39,442 nucleotides of DNA from an uncultured Methanosarcinales archaeon. Its GTDB lineage: Archaea > Nanobdellota > Nanobdellia > Woesearchaeales > CAYSVS01. Below are positions 37,853 to 39,442 of the stretch, in pieces. Each line of letters starts with the position of its first letter. Positions within the stretch are counted from its first letter, which is position 1. Where the stretch lies: positions 1 through 39,442 of the forward strand of contig CAZPRK010000007.1 in NCBI GenBank assembly GCA_964589485.1, given 5' to 3'. The notes below the pieces were generated by a model. That model made no database searches and was not told where the DNA came from. It saw only the letters and a list, made by a program, of their open reading frames with translations. Made by a program: the position numbers and the translations under genes.

Positions 37853-38557
37853 TTAATTAAGCTTAGATTCTTGTTCATTTAATATTTCTAATTTTTGTTT
37901 AATTTCAGAAGCATAATTTGAACCCTTAAACTCCTTTTCAGCAATTTCTTGAGCCCTTGAAAGAATAAACTTTGCTTTATCTCTATGACCATCTTGCAAC
38001 AAAATATCTGAAAAATTAATGCAAGATATTACTCCTATTTCAGAACTTATTTCTGCTTTATATAAAATTTTTTCATATTTATGACCTGCATTTTTCCAAT
38101 ATTTTTGTGCTTCAGGTGTATTTCCCATCAAAGTATAAATCTCACTTAATTTTCTACTTGCTATTGCTTCTATTAAATTCATATTATCTTGCAAATGAGT
38201 AGGGTTAGCAATAGGAATATATTCTTTAAATCCCTCTTTTGCTAATTCTTCATATAATCTACCATTAGTAATATTACCAATATTATTAATTGTTGCTATA
38301 GATTTTTTTAGATAATTAATAGATTCAGGCATATTACCAGTTTCTCTTAAATTTTCTCCTATATCAGAATATAAACTTGCTAAACCTATTTGCATAAAAA
38401 TACTATTAGGAACTTCATCCAATACTTTGTTAAGATCTCTTTCAGCTTTTTTTGCAAATGCAAAATATGTATCAGGTGAACTTTCTACAGCTTTAGCATC
38501 ACTAATACTTTTTCTAGCAGATGTTACTAAATTTTCTAAATCCATTTTCTTCATCAA
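37853..38557 (-). CDS. TPR-like alpha-helical protein
   Basis: LASLYSDIG..ESINYLKKS; LSEIYTLMGNTPEAQKYWKNA patterns. Confidence 0.65.
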   Translation of the reverse strand: MMKKMDLENLVTSARKSISDAKAVESSPDTYFAFAKKAERDLNKVLDEVPNSIFMQIGLASLYSDIGENLRETGNMPESINYLKKSIATINNIGNITNGRLYEELAKEGFKEYIPIANPTHLQDNMNLIEAIASRKLSEIYTLMGNTPEAQKYWKNAGHKYEKILYKAEISSEIGVISCINFSDILLQDGHRDKAKFILSRAQEIAEKEFKGSNYASEIKQKLEILNEQESKLN

Positions 38558-38583
38558 TATGTGTATAATAAAATAAAATAAAA

Positions 38584-38675
38584 AGCCTCTGGGGAGATTT
38601 GAACTCCCGACCTGTCGCTTTCTTAGATCATAAGATCATACTAGGCGACCGCTATAGCCACTAAGCCACAGAGGC
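38584..38675 (-). tRNA. tRNA-Thr(AGT) with 19-nt intron at 37/38
   Basis: Minus strand GCCTCTG TG GCTTAGTGGCTATAGC G GTCGC CT AGT A [TGATCTTATGATCTAAGAA] A GCGAC AGGTC GGGAG TTCAAAT CTCCC CAGAGGC T; perfect acceptor, anticodon and T stems; U73; no CCA. Confidence 0.9.
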
Positions 38676-38765
38676 AACGATACCAAGAAATTTAACTTTG
38701 TTTAATAAAGTTTTGGGTAATTCTATCCATAAAGCTTATAAATCAAATCAAAAAACAAATGAATT

Positions 38766-39125
38766 ATGAACTTAAACGATAAATTAAGGGTAGCTTCAGG
38801 TTATTCAAGCATACCCGCTGGGTTTAGAAATCCACAAGAATGGCATCGAGAACAAACTCAAGATGGTGTTAAAAACCTAAAAAGATATCTTATTGGTTTA
38901 TGTAAAGATGAAGCATACAAATCTGTAGATGATGTAATAACTACTTTTGAAAGATTAGGTATGATAAATAAAAAAGAAGATGGCCTTAAATTGTTAAAAG
39001 AAATAAATAAAAAACCTTTAACATATGCAAGTGGAGATTATTCACTTACATTAACAATACAACCAACAGATAATTTAAACGATATAGTATATGTTAAAAA
39101 AGACATAGTTCAGCTTCAAGAATAA
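38766..39125 (+). CDS. hypothetical protein (119 aa)
   Basis: ORF with AAAG-CTTATAAAT box about 31 nt upstream. Confidence 0.6.
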   Translation: MNLNDKLRVASGYSSIPAGFRNPQEWHREQTQDGVKNLKRYLIGLCKDEAYKSVDDVITTFERLGMINKKEDGLKLLKEINKKPLTYASGDYSLTLTIQPTDNLNDIVYVKKDIVQLQE

Positions 39126-39442
39126 ACAATCTTAATCAAATCCTTATCAAATAAAGGAATCCTTTCTGATTTATTCACTTCAACACCATTAACATAAATT
39201 TTCAAAGAAAATTTTTCATTTTCACATAAATCAAATATACAAGTTGAATTAAGATTCTTACCCCATATTTCAAAAAAATCGTCTAAATGAAATTGAAAAG
39301 GGGAAGGTGCTTCTGCATGTAACTTTCCAGTTGTATCATGAGTGTGAATAACTCTCATTCCTAAATCAGATATTCCAACTTCAGCCGGAATTGTTAAATT
39401 ATTTCCAACAATTTCAATCTGTAAAATTGGATGGATATGTAA
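39116..39442 (-). CDS. partial (5'-truncated by window) protein with HIH / HTHD motifs
   Basis: Frame stays open to the window end: LHIHPILQIEIVGNNLTIPAEVGISDLGMRVIHTHDTTGKLHAE..FFEIWG..YVNG. Confidence 0.75.
   Translation of the reverse strand, partial: LHIHPILQIEIVGNNLTIPAEVGISDLGMRVIHTHDTTGKLHAEAPSPFQFHLDDFFEIWGKNLNSTCIFDLCENEKFSLKIYVNGVEVNKSERIPLFDKDLIKIVYS

Noticed and set aside
38613..38650. Reading the tRNA as Leu(TAG) or as an intronless long-loop tRNA
   Set aside because: TAG would not sit at 34-36 after U33, there is no long variable arm, and the BHB geometry and acceptor stem fit Thr with a 37/38 intron
37853..39125. Integrated element at the tRNA-Thr
   Set aside because: No integrase and no duplicated tRNA 3' end found within the window
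1..39442. Bacterial (e.g. CPR) origin of the window, which would make the sigma factors ordinary
   Set aside because: Taw1, BHB-intron tRNA with U73 and no CCA, TATA-like promoters, GGTGA SDs and the COG1361 operon all point to archaea; a chimeric contig cannot be excluded without reads

Overview
Very AT-rich, gene-dense chromosomal segment, most likely from a small-genome DPANN-type archaeon (Woesearchaeota/Pacearchaeota-like; the exact lineage is inference). Archaeal signals are a stand-alone Taw1/TYW1 wyosine radical SAM enzyme, a tRNA with a 37/38 bulge-helix-bulge intron, U73 and no encoded CCA, BRE/TATA-like boxes about 25-30 nt upstream of many start codons, GGTGA/GGGGTG Shine-Dalgarno sites and a COG1361 + MacB-type ABC operon. 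The window also holds ABC, NSS, CDF and PQ-loop transporters, two helicases, thiol-redox genes, a His/Met/Cys-rich heavy-metal cluster, SufS, APRT and many orphan ORFs. The most unusual observations are: (1) two tandem bacterial-type sigma70 (RpoD-like) genes, each behind its own archaeal-style TATA promoter, one canonical with an extra N-terminal HTH-like segment and one lacking the promoter-melting WW dyad; (2) an intron-containing tRNA-Thr with anticodon AGU (A34), although its intron pairs best with UGU; (3) a bacterial TrhO tRNA-U34 hydroxylase with an extra C-terminal beta-barrel-like domain; (4) duplicated promoters, duplicated gene ends and a recurring GA-AC-loop-GT-GA hairpin. No CRISPR array, rRNA or transposase was seen. 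All product calls come from motif recognition by eye; no database searches were run.
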